This document shows positions 39,292 to 49,296 of a stretch of 64,000 nucleotides of DNA, piece by piece. This DNA is from Bacillaceae bacterium (GTDB lineage Bacteria; Bacillota; Bacilli; JACDOE01). The notes below the pieces were generated by a model, which saw nothing but the letters and a program-made list of their open reading frames with translations, did no database searches and had not been told where the DNA came from. Where the stretch lies: assembly GCA_017656255.1 (NCBI GenBank), contig JACDOE010000003.1, forward strand, positions 457 through 64,456. The letters are read 5' to 3'. The number at the start of each line of letters is the position of its first letter. Positions within the stretch are counted from its first letter, which is position 1. A program made the position numbers and the translations under genes.

Positions 39292-40069
39292 TTACCAGTT
39301 CCGTGTAATCGTCGAGAAGGCCGGTTAGCGGTTTGCCGGTTCGCAGCCTGTATTGTTTGGCCAGTTGCGTTAACTGATGGGACAGGGTCTGTGACAGTTT
39401 CAGGTTCCCGGCAAGTTGCTTCAACAGACGGTGATCTTCCTCCGTCAGTACGTCCCGGTGAATGGCGGTAATCCCCCGCGCCACTTCTATCAAATCCTCC
39501 AGCTCGGAGAGAGTCCTTGCCACCAGCCGGGTAACCTTCTGCGGTGAAACGGCGGAAGGCTCCAGAAAATCTGATACGATCTTAACGCAATAAATCTGGT
39601 GCGGAGACAAAAAAGAAGAGGCCGCTTCATAAAAACCCGCCCCCTCCATGTCCACCAGGTCTGCTGAAACATCGGACCTCACTGCCTCCCCGACCGGATA
39701 GGCGAAGGTTTCAACTGATCCCTCTTTCATTCGGTGTTCGGCCAGAATATCCGGATAATAGGCCCGTCCGTTATCATGGTGCACAATTTTATGACACAGC
39801 ACCGGATCCCCTTCCTGGTACGGCCCCTCCTTTTGAACGGCACCGGCAATGCCGATATTCAGGATGTTGCTGGTTTCATCGTGACCGAACCGGGTCAGAA
39901 CATAGGTCGTGGCCACCGCGCTCTGAAAGGCTCCGCTGCCACTCACCACCAGGACCATATCATCGTGCCTGAACACCTGAAACTTCGAAGTATGGGGCAC
40001 TTTTTTCAATTGATAGTGATCGATGAAAGGCTTTGCTTCATTGTAGAGTGCCGTAACCAGATATAACAT
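39227..40069 (-). CDS. MTA/SAH-nucleosidase-like (PNP_UDP_1 family) protein
   Basis: MLYLVTALYNEAKPF..MVLVVSGSGAFQSAVATTYVL..DMEGAGFYEAA is the nucleosidase fold pattern. ATG 40069 lies 9 nt after GAAGGAG. Confidence 0.6.
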   Translation of the reverse strand: MLYLVTALYNEAKPFIDHYQLKKVPHTSKFQVFRHDDMVLVVSGSGAFQSAVATTYVLTRFGHDETSNILNIGIAGAVQKEGPYQEGDPVLCHKIVHHDNGRAYYPDILAEHRMKEGSVETFAYPVGEAVRSDVSADLVDMEGAGFYEAASSFLSPHQIYCVKIVSDFLEPSAVSPQKVTRLVARTLSELEDLIEVARGITAIHRDVLTEEDHRLLKQLAGNLKLSQTLSHQLTQLAKQYRLRTGKPLTGLLDDYTELVIESKHEGKICFEQIKERLLHT

Positions 40070-40235
40070 CGATGGCTGATCTCCTTCTCTATAGGAATCG
40101 TTCGTCTTTAACATGTCTTATTATACCTTTTTTTCATCCGGTTGAAAAAAATGAATATTAGCCATCCTTTTATCCCAATTTCTGTGTTATCATGTTGACA
40201 TATGATTTTTAATTCTGAAAAAGAAGGTATGCATC

Positions 40236-40991
40236 ATGGAACTCGTACATATCCTGCTGATTCTTGCTGCTGGTACGGCCGGCGGTTTTTTAAATACCGT
40301 TGCCGGGGGCGGGTCCCTGCTGACGCTTCCGGTATTGATTTTTATGGGACTTCCGTCTGCCGTGGCCAACGGAACCAATCGGATTGCGCTGATGGTACAG
40401 AATATTGTCGCCGTGGCCAGTTTTCGGCAAAAAGGATACTTCGACTGGAAATTCAGTATCTTACTGGGCATTCCCGCGATTCTCGGGTCCATTGTCGGGG
40501 CCAATCTGGCGATTTCGTTACCCGATGAGATCTTTAATAAAATTCTGGCTGTGATCATGATCATGGTTCTGATTTTGATTCTGTGGCAGCCGGAAAAGAA
40601 ATTTTTGCAAAGTGAACAGGAAAACCTCAGTAAAGGCCGCCGGATCGCGGCTGCTATTGCTTTTTTCTTCGTCGGCGTTTACGGTGGTTTTATTCAGGCC
40701 GGCGTCGGCTTTATCATTATTGCCGCCCTCACCCTGATTACCGGGATGTCACTGGTTCGTATCAACAGCATTAAAGTATTTGTGGTCGGCATCTATATGC
40801 TGGCTTCCTTGATCGTGTTTATCTGGAATGACCAGGTCAACTGGGTGCTGGGGTTGACCCTGGCGGTGGGAAACGGCTTCGGCGCATGGCTGGGCAGTCT
40901 TTTTTCCGTCTCAGGGGGCGACAAGTGGATTCGGTTCATTCTGGCGGTGGCGATTATCATGATGGCAGTGAAACTGTTGCTCGGGTTTTAA
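40236..40991 (+). CDS. TauE/SafE family sulfite/anion exporter
   Basis: ..GGFLNTVAGGGSLLTLPVLIFMG.. and a duplicated 4-TM pattern. 251 aa. Confidence 0.85.
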   Translation: MELVHILLILAAGTAGGFLNTVAGGGSLLTLPVLIFMGLPSAVANGTNRIALMVQNIVAVASFRQKGYFDWKFSILLGIPAILGSIVGANLAISLPDEIFNKILAVIMIMVLILILWQPEKKFLQSEQENLSKGRRIAAAIAFFFVGVYGGFIQAGVGFIIIAALTLITGMSLVRINSIKVFVVGIYMLASLIVFIWNDQVNWVLGLTLAVGNGFGAWLGSLFSVSGGDKWIRFILAVAIIMMAVKLLLGF

Positions 40992-41029
40992 ATGATGATG
41001 TGAAAAAAGAAGGAGTTTACAAGATTTCC

Positions 41030-41057
41030 AACCCGGTTGAACGGCCGGGTTTTTTTA
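41030..41057 (+). terminator. Terminator after the tauE-like gene
   Basis: AACCCGG-ttgaacgg-CCGGGTT plus TTTTT. Confidence 0.6.
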
Positions 41058-41070
41058 GTGATTGTAAAGG

Positions 41071-42645
41071 TTGTCTTTTGGTATCGAGTACGTGGTAAGT
41101 ATGATAAAATTAATCTGTTATTTTCTCTATAACATAATGGATGTGAGCCCTATGTATTTACCGGATAAACAAAAGTTTCTGGAGTGGCAAACCTGTTATT
41201 CACGGATCCCCGTCATAAAGAAAATTAACATCTCGATTTCCGACTTTTCATATTTGTATCGGGCATTAAACCATAACGGTAACTATGGCGTCTTACTTGA
41301 AAGCGGTTTATCGGGAAACTTCTCTTATATCGGGGTAGAACCCGAGATGGAAATCACCGCAAAGAACGGCCAGGTGAAGATTCGAGATTTCGGACAGGGT
41401 ACAACGCAGAAGAAGGAAGGAAATCCCCTTGATATTTTAGGAGATTTGATGCGGCGTTATCGAAGTCCCCATGTTGAAGATGGACCCGACTGGCAGGGAG
41501 GAGCAGCAGGGTACTTCAGTTACGATATGGTTCATTATTTTGAAAAAATCCCGCAACTTGCCCGTGATGATCTGGAATTGCCTGATCTGTACTTCCTGGT
41601 GTACCGACACATCCTGGCCTATCATCATCAGGAAGAAACCCTTTTTCTCACTACGTCCTGTGATCCTGAAAAAGATGAAGATTATGAAGAGGGGATAGCC
41701 CGCCTGAACATCATGGAGAAAAAAATCCGATCTCTTCTCGAACATGTTCCCGGGCCCACCCCTGCAAGACAGGAAAACGAAGTGTCAGCCGTGCCGCGAC
41801 GTACGTTCCCGGAAACCACATTTTCCAGAGCATCCTTCGTGGAGGCTGTGAAAAAAGTTCAGGATTATATCCGGGCAGGCGATGTGTTTCAGGTTAACTT
41901 GTCTGTTCGCCAGCAGACTCCACTGGGAACCGACCCCTGGAACCTGTATCAGGAATTGCGCCGGTTGAATCCTTCTCCTTATATGGGTTATCTCGATTTT
42001 CCCGAATTCCGACTGGTGTCGGGATCTCCGGAACAACTGGTCAAAGTCAAAAACCAACAAGTCAGCACCCGACCCATAGCGGGAACACGTCCCCGTGGAA
42101 CGAACCCGCAGGAAGACGAGGCATTGGCACGAGAATTAATTAATCATGAGAAAGAGCGAGCCGAACATATTATGCTCGTAGATCTGGAACGAAATGACCT
42201 GGGCCGGGTTTGCCGTTACGGTACAGTAAAAGTAGATGAGTTGATGGTCATCGAAAAATACTCCCACGTCATGCATATCGTGTCCAATGTCACAGGTGAG
42301 CTGCGTGAGAACTGCAACGTTTTTGATGTTGTACGCGCAGTGTTTCCCGGTGGCACGATCACCGGCGCGCCCAAAATCAGAACCATGGAGATTATTGAAG
42401 AACTTGAACCTGTCCGAAGAGGCCCCTATACCGGTTCGATCGGTTGGATCGGTTTTGATGGGGACATGGAACTGAATATTGTCATCCGAACCCTCCTCGA
42501 AAAGGAAGGTATGGCTTACGTGCAGGCCGGTGCAGGAATTGTGATTGACTCGATTCCTGACCGAGAATATGATGAATGTCTGAAAAAAGCCGAGGCGCTC
42601 TGGGCAGCGATGGAACTGGGGATGAAACGGGAAGCGCGTGATTGA
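41071..42645 (+). CDS. pabB: Aminodeoxychorismate synthase component I (chorismate-binding enzyme)
   Basis: ..FPGGTITGAPKIRTMEIIEELE..RGPYTGSIGW.. with pabC immediately downstream. The true start is probably an internal ATG (e.g. MYLPDKQ at ~41152). Confidence 0.8.
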   Translation: MSFGIEYVVSMIKLICYFLYNIMDVSPMYLPDKQKFLEWQTCYSRIPVIKKINISISDFSYLYRALNHNGNYGVLLESGLSGNFSYIGVEPEMEITAKNGQVKIRDFGQGTTQKKEGNPLDILGDLMRRYRSPHVEDGPDWQGGAAGYFSYDMVHYFEKIPQLARDDLELPDLYFLVYRHILAYHHQEETLFLTTSCDPEKDEDYEEGIARLNIMEKKIRSLLEHVPGPTPARQENEVSAVPRRTFPETTFSRASFVEAVKKVQDYIRAGDVFQVNLSVRQQTPLGTDPWNLYQELRRLNPSPYMGYLDFPEFRLVSGSPEQLVKVKNQQVSTRPIAGTRPRGTNPQEDEALARELINHEKERAEHIMLVDLERNDLGRVCRYGTVKVDELMVIEKYSHVMHIVSNVTGELRENCNVFDVVRAVFPGGTITGAPKIRTMEIIEELEPVRRGPYTGSIGWIGFDGDMELNIVIRTLLEKEGMAYVQAGAGIVIDSIPDREYDECLKKAEALWAAMELGMKREARD

Positions 42646-42722
42646 GATATGGCCTGATCTGTGATTTTCATAATGGACAATCATTTTTTGATAGAAAAGA
42701 TTAAATTGGCGGTGTATCTCTC

Positions 42723-43610
42723 ATGAAAGTATATGTGAACGGAAAACTGGCGGACGAAAATTCAGCTGTGATATCCGTGAACGATCATGGATTCCTATAT
42801 GGAGCCGGGTTGTTTGAAACGTTGCGTGCTTACCAGGGACATCTCTTTCTGTTTGATGATCATTATCAACGGTTGATGAAGTCTGCTGCCGTGCTGGGGA
42901 TTAAAGTGGATTACAGCAAACAGGATCTTTATGAAGCGGTCATATCTACCCTGAAAGCCAATCAGTTAACCGATGCCTACATTCGCATCACCCTTTCCGC
43001 CGGCACATATGGTGTTGGGCTGTCAAGTGACCCCTATCATAATCCCTCATGGGTCATCCATACCCGTCCATTGCCGGCTTTTCCTGCTGACCTGTATGAA
43101 AGGGGTAAAAAACTGGTTCCGCTTCGAACCGTGTCCCGTCATCCTGCCGGAACCGGCTCATATAAATCATTAAATTTTCTTCCTTCCGTGCTGGGAAAAA
43201 AGGAGCTGGGCCCGCAGCAGGAACTGGAGGGAATATTCTTGACCTCGGACGGATATGTTGCGGAAGGAATTGTGAGTAATCTGTTTTTTGTACAAAATCA
43301 AACGGTTTTTACGCCTTCACTGAAAACAGGTATTCTTCCCGGTATTGCCCGAAAACTGGTCATCCAGCTTGCCCGCCGTCAGGGACTGCAAGTAGAGGAA
43401 GGGTTTTATCCTCTTCACCTCTGGAAAAAGGCGGATGAAGTCTTTTTATCAAATTCGGTTCAGGAACTGGTACCGGTTCGGGAAGTAGACGGCGTGATAA
43501 TTGGTACTGGCAGGATTGGACTGATCACGAGCGGATTGCTTCAGGATTATCGGTCTCATGTTACTGAACTGATGTCTGTGGAGGCACTGGATATTAGTGA
43601 AGAGAAATAA
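42723..43610 (+). CDS. pabC: Aminodeoxychorismate lyase (class IV aminotransferase fold)
   Basis: ..DHGFLYGAGLFETLR.. and ..EGIVSNLFFV.. are class IV PLP-enzyme motifs. It follows pabB. Confidence 0.75.
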   Translation: MKVYVNGKLADENSAVISVNDHGFLYGAGLFETLRAYQGHLFLFDDHYQRLMKSAAVLGIKVDYSKQDLYEAVISTLKANQLTDAYIRITLSAGTYGVGLSSDPYHNPSWVIHTRPLPAFPADLYERGKKLVPLRTVSRHPAGTGSYKSLNFLPSVLGKKELGPQQELEGIFLTSDGYVAEGIVSNLFFVQNQTVFTPSLKTGILPGIARKLVIQLARRQGLQVEEGFYPLHLWKKADEVFLSNSVQELVPVREVDGVIIGTGRIGLITSGLLQDYRSHVTELMSVEALDISEEK

Positions 43611-43649
43611 TCTCCGTGATGTCGGGGGCAGGATTGCGGTTCGATATAA

Positions 43650-43765
43650 AAAGAGCGGAAATTTTTCCGCTATTATTTTTGATTTCCACCATTCTTATAA
43701 TAGAAGAAAAAAGTTCCGCTATTTTTTGCATTTGATATTATGGATATTATGGAAAGTGTACGATT
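43650..43765. repeat. Hairpin/dyad-module array, locus L4 (truncated, 2 modules plus degenerate box)
   Basis: Modules: AAGAGCGGAAATTTTTCCGCTATT, AATAGAAGAAAAAAGTTCCGCTATT. Degenerate box ATTATGGAAAGTGTACGA at 43746-43763. Confidence 0.75.
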
Positions 43766-43938
43766 ACACGCTCCTGTTTCCTGTCATCTAATCATCGCTG
43801 ATTCCATCACATCCCTGTCATTTCTCGTCCCATCAATATCCGGGTATCTCATACGATAATGTCCCAACCACAGAAAAAACCCCCTTGTTCTGTTACGACC
43901 AAAGGGGCAGTGGTATTCCTGAGACCACAAAGATCAAT

Positions 43939-44076
43939 TTACCGATCCGTTCCTTTCTTTTTCCCGCTTCCCTGACAGGACGGGCAGGTCTCCGATCCCC
44001 CCAGCAACAGCTGGTAGTACCCCTGTCCGTTGCAGTACTCACAAACCTCTTTTTCCGTCAACACCGTTGTTTGCAT
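43939..44076 (-). CDS. yuiA: Small zinc-ribbon protein, YuiA-like (45 aa; not in the ORF track)
   Basis: GGAGGG lies 9 nt before ATG 44076. Product: MQTTVLTEKEVCEYCNGQGYYQLLLGGSETCPSCQGSGKKKGTDR (CxxC..CxxC). Positioned next to yumB as in B. subtilis. Confidence 0.6.
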   Translation of the reverse strand: MQTTVLTEKEVCEYCNGQGYYQLLLGGSETCPSCQGSGKKKGTDR

Positions 44077-44290
44077 ACATCCGTTCCCTCCTTTTCTCCA
44101 CTCCAGTCGGAATTGTTTATATTTTCAGAATAATATATCAGACAATTCAGAATAAAGAAAGAACCTCTTTATCCCGTTACAGCTTAAAATGGCTGATGTA
44201 AGCGGATACAACTTAAGTTTTCTCCTTTTTTCGTAACATCTCATGATTTTTACGACTATAATATAGAATGGCCGAAATGCAGTATATATG

Positions 44291-44326
44291 AAAAAAAGAG
44301 GTATCCCCGTCAAATCAGGATACCTC
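44291..44326 (-). terminator. ndh terminator
   Basis: Minus strand GAGGTATCC-N11-GGATACCTC plus TTTTTTT. Confidence 0.65.
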
Positions 44327-44351
44327 TCTCTTGTCTCCAACTCTCTCTATC

Positions 44352-45554
44352 TTAAAATTTGGCTTTTTTCAGAGCCAGTGAAATACCGCCAAGGATAAAC
44401 AGATAACGAAGATCACTCAGTTTCTTCATTATAGCGGCACTGCTGCCCAGCAGTTTCTTGTTACCTATAACACCGATCGCTTCACCGCGTCCCAGAGAAG
44501 CCAGTGTACCTTTCAACTCCGGTTTAAACGGCTTCAACTCGCCACCACGAATCAGGGCAATCAGATTTTCAGCGCAGTTAAATCCCTGTTGTGTGGCAAT
44601 TTGAGCCGTCGGCGGATACGGCCGATCTGTTTCTTCATTAATAATAAGCGAACAGTCACCGACGACAAAAATGTCCTCATATCCGGGTGCACGCAGATAC
44701 TCATCTACTTTTACCCGGCCTCTCATCACGTCAATGCCGGATTCTTCCACGATATGATTTCCACGCACACCACCGGTCCAGATTACCGTGCCGGCTTTGA
44801 TTTCCTCACCATTGGCAAGTATAACCCCATCCGGCGTACACTCCTTGATCGGGGTGTTGATCAAAAATTCTACACCTTTTCGCTTTAATACATCCATCGC
44901 ATATTCAACAAGCTCTGGATCAAATCCCGGCAATGCGGTCGGTGCTGCTTCAATATTAATGATGCGCACCAGGTTCGGATCGACGTCAAATTCCCGGCAC
45001 AATTCCGGAATACGGTCGGCCAGTTCTCCGACAAACTCGATTCCGGTAAATCCGGCTCCACCGACGACGAATGTCAGATAATCCCTGCGATCCGGTTCGT
45101 TATTAAAGCGGGAGAACATATACTCAATGTGTTCTTTAATCATGCGTACGCTGTCAATGGTTCGAATGCTGAACGCATGTTCTTTCAAACCCTCAATGCC
45201 GAATGTTTCCGGTTCACTGCCGAGTCCGATGACCAGATAATCAAACGCCAGCTCGGTACCATCTTCCAGTTTCACTTTTTTGTTATCGGGTTCAATCGAT
45301 TCGACCGTTCCCTGAACAAAATTAATTTTCTTCGTATCCAGTACCTCGTTAAGATCCACCTTGGCCCGTTCATGATGGCTTGTGCCTGCTGCCGGTTCAT
45401 GCAACCATGTGGTAAGGTAATGATAATCATACTTATTGACCAGTGTCACTTCTGCTTCATTGTAGTTAAGTCCCTTCTGCAAACGCGTCGCGGTCACCAG
45501 TCCCCCATAACCGGCACCCAGAATCAGAATTCTTGATGTACTCAATTCGATCAC
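44352..45554 (-). CDS. Type II NADH dehydrogenase (YumB/Ndh-like)
   Basis: ILILGAGYGGLVTA and VVGGAGFTGIEF are two Rossmann motifs. 400 aa. Confidence 0.9.
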   Translation of the reverse strand: MIELSTSRILILGAGYGGLVTATRLQKGLNYNEAEVTLVNKYDYHYLTTWLHEPAAGTSHHERAKVDLNEVLDTKKINFVQGTVESIEPDNKKVKLEDGTELAFDYLVIGLGSEPETFGIEGLKEHAFSIRTIDSVRMIKEHIEYMFSRFNNEPDRRDYLTFVVGGAGFTGIEFVGELADRIPELCREFDVDPNLVRIINIEAAPTALPGFDPELVEYAMDVLKRKGVEFLINTPIKECTPDGVILANGEEIKAGTVIWTGGVRGNHIVEESGIDVMRGRVKVDEYLRAPGYEDIFVVGDCSLIINEETDRPYPPTAQIATQQGFNCAENLIALIRGGELKPFKPELKGTLASLGRGEAIGVIGNKKLLGSSAAIMKKLSDLRYLFILGGISLALKKAKF

Positions 45555-45933
45555 CCGTTTTTCCTATTTTTTTGCCTTCAAGTTTTTAAAAGTTTGTTCT
45601 TTTTTTCACTTAGTCTGCCCAAAAAATAAAATAAATCAAATACGGGATAAAGACTCACATGCAAAACCTGAAAGGCTATAGTATTTTCTATCATTATCAT
45701 AATGATGCACCACGCTTTTTGCAAGTGAAAATATGCACAAAGTTTTAAAAATGTGCGGAAGCCCATACAGGCGGCTTATACAAGAAAAAGAACCACCCCT
45801 AGACTGGGCCCGTTTTTCTTCGACACTTTTTTTAAATTATTTTGAGAAATTTTTCACTAATGCTTTTCTTCCCTGTTTGAGAAAGCTATAATGTAACTAG
45901 TTTGTGTTAAAACCTACCGGAGGTGTAGTGTGT

Positions 45934-46932
45934 ATGAGTCTGAAACGTGACGAGAAGGTCTACGACATTACCATTATCGGAGGAGGTCCGGCCGGGCTTT
46001 TCACTGCCTTCTACGGAGGAATGCGTCAGTGTTCGGTTAAAATTATTGAGAGCATGCCTCAACTCGGCGGGCAATTATCCGCTCTATATCCTGAAAAATA
46101 CATTTATGACGTGGCCGGATTTCCCAAAATTCGTGCCCAGGAGCTCATTGATCGTCTGAAAGAACAGATGCAAATGTTTGAACCGGCCATATGCTGCGGC
46201 GAGCGGGTTGAAGATGTCGAACAAAAGGATGGCATCTTTGAGTTAACCACCGACCAGGGTGTTCATCTTTCCAAATCAGTTATTATTACGGCCGGTGTGG
46301 GTGCTTTTGAACCCCGCAAGCTAGACCTTCCCAACGCCGAAGAATTTGAAGGGAAGAATCTTCACTACTTCGTAAACGATTTAAATGCCTTTGAAGGAAA
46401 ACGGGTCGCTGTTTTCGGAGGTGGAGATTCCGCCGTAGACTGGGCTCTGATGCTGGAACCGATCGCAGAGAAAGTCTGGATCATTCACCGCCGCGATAAG
46501 TTCCGTGCCCATGAACACAGTGTAGAAAACCTGATGAATTCCAAAGTTGAGGTTCTGACTCCATACAAGGCCAAGGCCCTGGAAGGTTCGGACAAAATTG
46601 AGTCCGTCATCATCGAAGGTAAAGATGGCGATGAAAAGAAACTGGATGTTGATGACGTTATTGTCAACTTTGGCTTTATTTCCTCCCTCGGACCGATTAA
46701 AGACTGGGGACTGGAGTTTGATAAAGGATCCATCGTGGTCAATTCCAAAATGGAAACCAATATTCCCGGTATCTATGCTGCAGGGGATATCGCCACTTAC
46801 CCCGGCAAAGTCAAACTGATTGCCGTCGGTTTCGGGGAAGCACCTACGGCTGTCAACAATGCAAAAGGCTTTATTGATCCGGATGCCAAACTGCAGCCCG
46901 GACACAGCAGCAGCATGAGTTTTAACAAGTAA
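45934..46932 (+). CDS. yumC: Ferredoxin-NADP+ reductase, TrxR-type (YumC)
   Basis: [20 protein letters not shown] and [15 protein letters not shown] 45934 lies 8 nt after GGAGGTG. Confidence 0.9.
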   Translation: MSLKRDEKVYDITIIGGGPAGLFTAFYGGMRQCSVKIIESMPQLGGQLSALYPEKYIYDVAGFPKIRAQELIDRLKEQMQMFEPAICCGERVEDVEQKDGIFELTTDQGVHLSKSVIITAGVGAFEPRKLDLPNAEEFEGKNLHYFVNDLNAFEGKRVAVFGGGDSAVDWALMLEPIAEKVWIIHRRDKFRAHEHSVENLMNSKVEVLTPYKAKALEGSDKIESVIIEGKDGDEKKLDVDDVIVNFGFISSLGPIKDWGLEFDKGSIVVNSKMETNIPGIYAAGDIATYPGKVKLIAVGFGEAPTAVNNAKGFIDPDAKLQPGHSSSMSFNK

Positions 46933-47077
46933 ACCGCAGTCCATTTATGACTTGAAAAACACTCTTTTTCGGGTTTCAAACCGTAAACCTGAATCAGAGT
47001 GTTTTTTTAATGGCGTATAAAGCAACGCCTCCTGTCAAAAATTAAAGGTACCATCAACGATTGAAGGAGGTTACAGA

Positions 47078-47281
47078 ATGTCCCGTTCTGAACAAATGCG
47101 AACCAACGCAATCTATATTATTTTTCTCATTGCCGCCACCATCGGGATTCCATTGTTGATCGTTCTGGGTACCATCGGGACGAATGTATTTATGGAAGGA
47201 ATCTTTGCTGCTGTTCTCTCCTTCATTATTATGGGCAGTTATGTCCTCTATACCATTTTGCTGGGAAAACGAAATAGTTAG
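47078..47281 (+). CDS. Small two-TM membrane protein
   Basis: GAAGGAGG SD. 67 aa with two hydrophobic helices. Confidence 0.55.
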   Translation: MSRSEQMRTNAIYIIFLIAATIGIPLLIVLGTIGTNVFMEGIFAAVLSFIIMGSYVLYTILLGKRNS

Positions 47282-47292
47282 GGTGATGCCCC

Positions 47293-47544
47293 ATGTCCTT
47301 TCAATGCCCGGTCTGTAACGGTTACGCTCCCCTGAACGCGTCCTGCCCCGAATGCGGTTCGGAGATGATTGATCAGGGAATCTGGCAGAATTATTTTGAT
47401 GATTACAGTCCCTATCTGGATATTGACGGAATGAAACAGGTCAATGGCTTTCCGGATCTACGCGAACACCAGTGTATTCATTACGCAACCTGTGCAACCT
47501 GCCAGCATGAACAGTTAATCGCCGTGCAGGAAATCAATGTCTAA
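47293..47544 (+). CDS. Small zinc-ribbon protein
   Basis: CPVCNG..CPECGS and ..CATCQH Cys pairs. 83 aa. Confidence 0.5.
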   Translation: MSFQCPVCNGYAPLNASCPECGSEMIDQGIWQNYFDDYSPYLDIDGMKQVNGFPDLREHQCIHYATCATCQHEQLIAVQEINV

Positions 47545-47557
47545 TCCATATCCCCGT

Positions 47558-48019
47558 TCAAATCGGAGGCAACAGAAACATCCAGGGGGCGGTGATGATT
47601 CCCATGGCCAATCCCACCCGCTTTGCGATGTCCGGGGAGAGCCCCAGTTTTTTTCCGAACCAGCTATTGAACCAGAAAATAAGCAATCCAGCTAGCCCGA
47701 TTCCGAACAGATAAAGCCATAAAGACATCAGATGTTCGTATAGCGGATGTCGAACCCACTCCAACTCCGCTTCAACCATAAATAAATACACGGCTCCTAT
47801 AATATCGGCAAAAAATCCAAATCCCCATGCTGAAATGACAAAAATCAATTCCCGTTTCCATGCCAGTTTTACACGACTTAATCGCAGGGTGATCAGGATG
47901 ACAAGCGCATCAATCAACAGATTTCCACCCAGCACCAGCCAGAGATAGGGAGGCATAAAAACCGTCATCCACAAGGGAAAAATAACATTGTACATCCGGA
48001 TATCCTTCACACTGTGCAC
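47558..48019 (-). CDS. Hypothetical membrane protein
   Basis: 153 aa with four TM helices. It starts 3 nt after the upstream dehydrogenase stop, so the two are probably an operon. Confidence 0.5.
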   Translation of the reverse strand: MHSVKDIRMYNVIFPLWMTVFMPPYLWLVLGGNLLIDALVILITLRLSRVKLAWKRELIFVISAWGFGFFADIIGAVYLFMVEAELEWVRHPLYEHLMSLWLYLFGIGLAGLLIFWFNSWFGKKLGLSPDIAKRVGLAMGIITAPWMFLLPPI

Positions 48020-48021
48020 CT

Positions 48022-49272
48022 CTATTCTTTACTTTCATCACGTTTCGGGATCAGCCGGATCAATCGGTCATCCCCGTTCAGCTCCCGTCCACGCCCGTCC
48101 CGGTTATTGGTCACAAAATAAAGGGACCCATCCGCTCCCTCCATCACCGTGCGAATACGCCCAAACCGGTTACGAAACAGAGATTCAACCTGTTTCACTT
48201 CATTTCTCGACGAAGGATCAAGTGTCACCTTTAAAATTTGTTGGCCTCGTAAATTGGCGATTAAAAGCTGGTTTTTCCAGGGACCGCGGGTGACAAAAGT
48301 CATGCCGGACGGGGCCCATGTGGTACCACCGCTGTGCAGAACCGGACGCTGAAGCGGTTTTGTCACATTGACACCATCGACGACCGACACTGCCGGTTCC
48401 GATGATTGCTGATCCCCTTCAATCACTGGCCATCCGTAATTGGCCCCGGCTTCAAGCCGGTTCAATTCATCATGCGCCGACTGTCCGTGCTCGGAACTGA
48501 ACAGTTGTTGTATCTCGGGATGCCAGGACAGTCCCTGCGGATTGCGGTGTCCCCAGCTGTAGACCGGAGATCCGGCAAACGGATTATCATCTGGAATGGT
48601 CCCATCCGGACGGATCCTGAGAATCTTCCCCGCCAGTGAGTTCAAATCCTGAGCCAAATTCGGATCCAGGGCATCTCCCGCCGTGATATACAGGTAACCA
48701 TCCGGGCCGAACTTTAACCTCCCTCCATTATGAAACACATTGCCGGGAATCCCGTCCAAAAGAATACTGTCGACAAATAACCTGTTTTCACGTTCCACAA
48801 GTCGAATCACCCGATTTTTGACGTTTCCTGCTTCCTGATAGGAATGATACACATACAGATAATGATTCCTTGAGAACTCTGGGTCCAATACAAGGCCTAA
48901 CAGCCCTCCCTCTCCCTTACTGACAAAAGGTGCCGGAAAAGAAATCAGGGGTTCTTCCCGCAGTTTGCCATCCTGAATCACTCGGACCTGGCCCGGGCGT
49001 TCTGTCAAAAAGATGCGCCCGTCTTCCGCGATATCCAGCGCCCAGGGGATATGTAAATGCTCCGCCACCACTTCAATGGTATAAGGGATTTCCTCTTCCC
49101 TGACGGGGACAGCTTCCATCGCTAACGAATCAGATGTATCCCGTTGCTCGGATCGTGACGGTGTTTCCGGTTGACTGGTATCCAGGACAGGCTCAGTTGT
49201 TGGTCTACACCCGGCAAGTAACAGAAGTATAATTCCCGTCAGAAGAATGAACGCACGATTCATATTTACCAA
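48022..49272 (-). CDS. PQQ-dependent sugar (glucose/sorbosone) dehydrogenase-type beta-propeller lipoprotein
   Basis: Lipobox LLLLAGC. ..HNGGRLKFGPDGYLY.. and ..WGHRNPQGLSWHP.. are motifs of soluble aldose dehydrogenases. Confidence 0.8.
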   Translation of the reverse strand: MVNMNRAFILLTGIILLLLAGCRPTTEPVLDTSQPETPSRSEQRDTSDSLAMEAVPVREEEIPYTIEVVAEHLHIPWALDIAEDGRIFLTERPGQVRVIQDGKLREEPLISFPAPFVSKGEGGLLGLVLDPEFSRNHYLYVYHSYQEAGNVKNRVIRLVERENRLFVDSILLDGIPGNVFHNGGRLKFGPDGYLYITAGDALDPNLAQDLNSLAGKILRIRPDGTIPDDNPFAGSPVYSWGHRNPQGLSWHPEIQQLFSSEHGQSAHDELNRLEAGANYGWPVIEGDQQSSEPAVSVVDGVNVTKPLQRPVLHSGGTTWAPSGMTFVTRGPWKNQLLIANLRGQQILKVTLDPSSRNEVKQVESLFRNRFGRIRTVMEGADGSLYFVTNNRDGRGRELNGDDRLIRLIPKRDESKE

Positions 49273-49296
49273 ATCCCCCTTTTTATCCTTGATGAC

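Noticed and set aside
45705-45740. Rex-box-like sequence TTGCAAGTGAAAATATGCACAAAG upstream of the type II NADH dehydrogenase gene.
   Set aside because: The half-site spacing is ~2 nt shorter than the TGTGAA-N6-TTCACA consensus and one half-site is degenerate. A motif scan would be needed before calling it.
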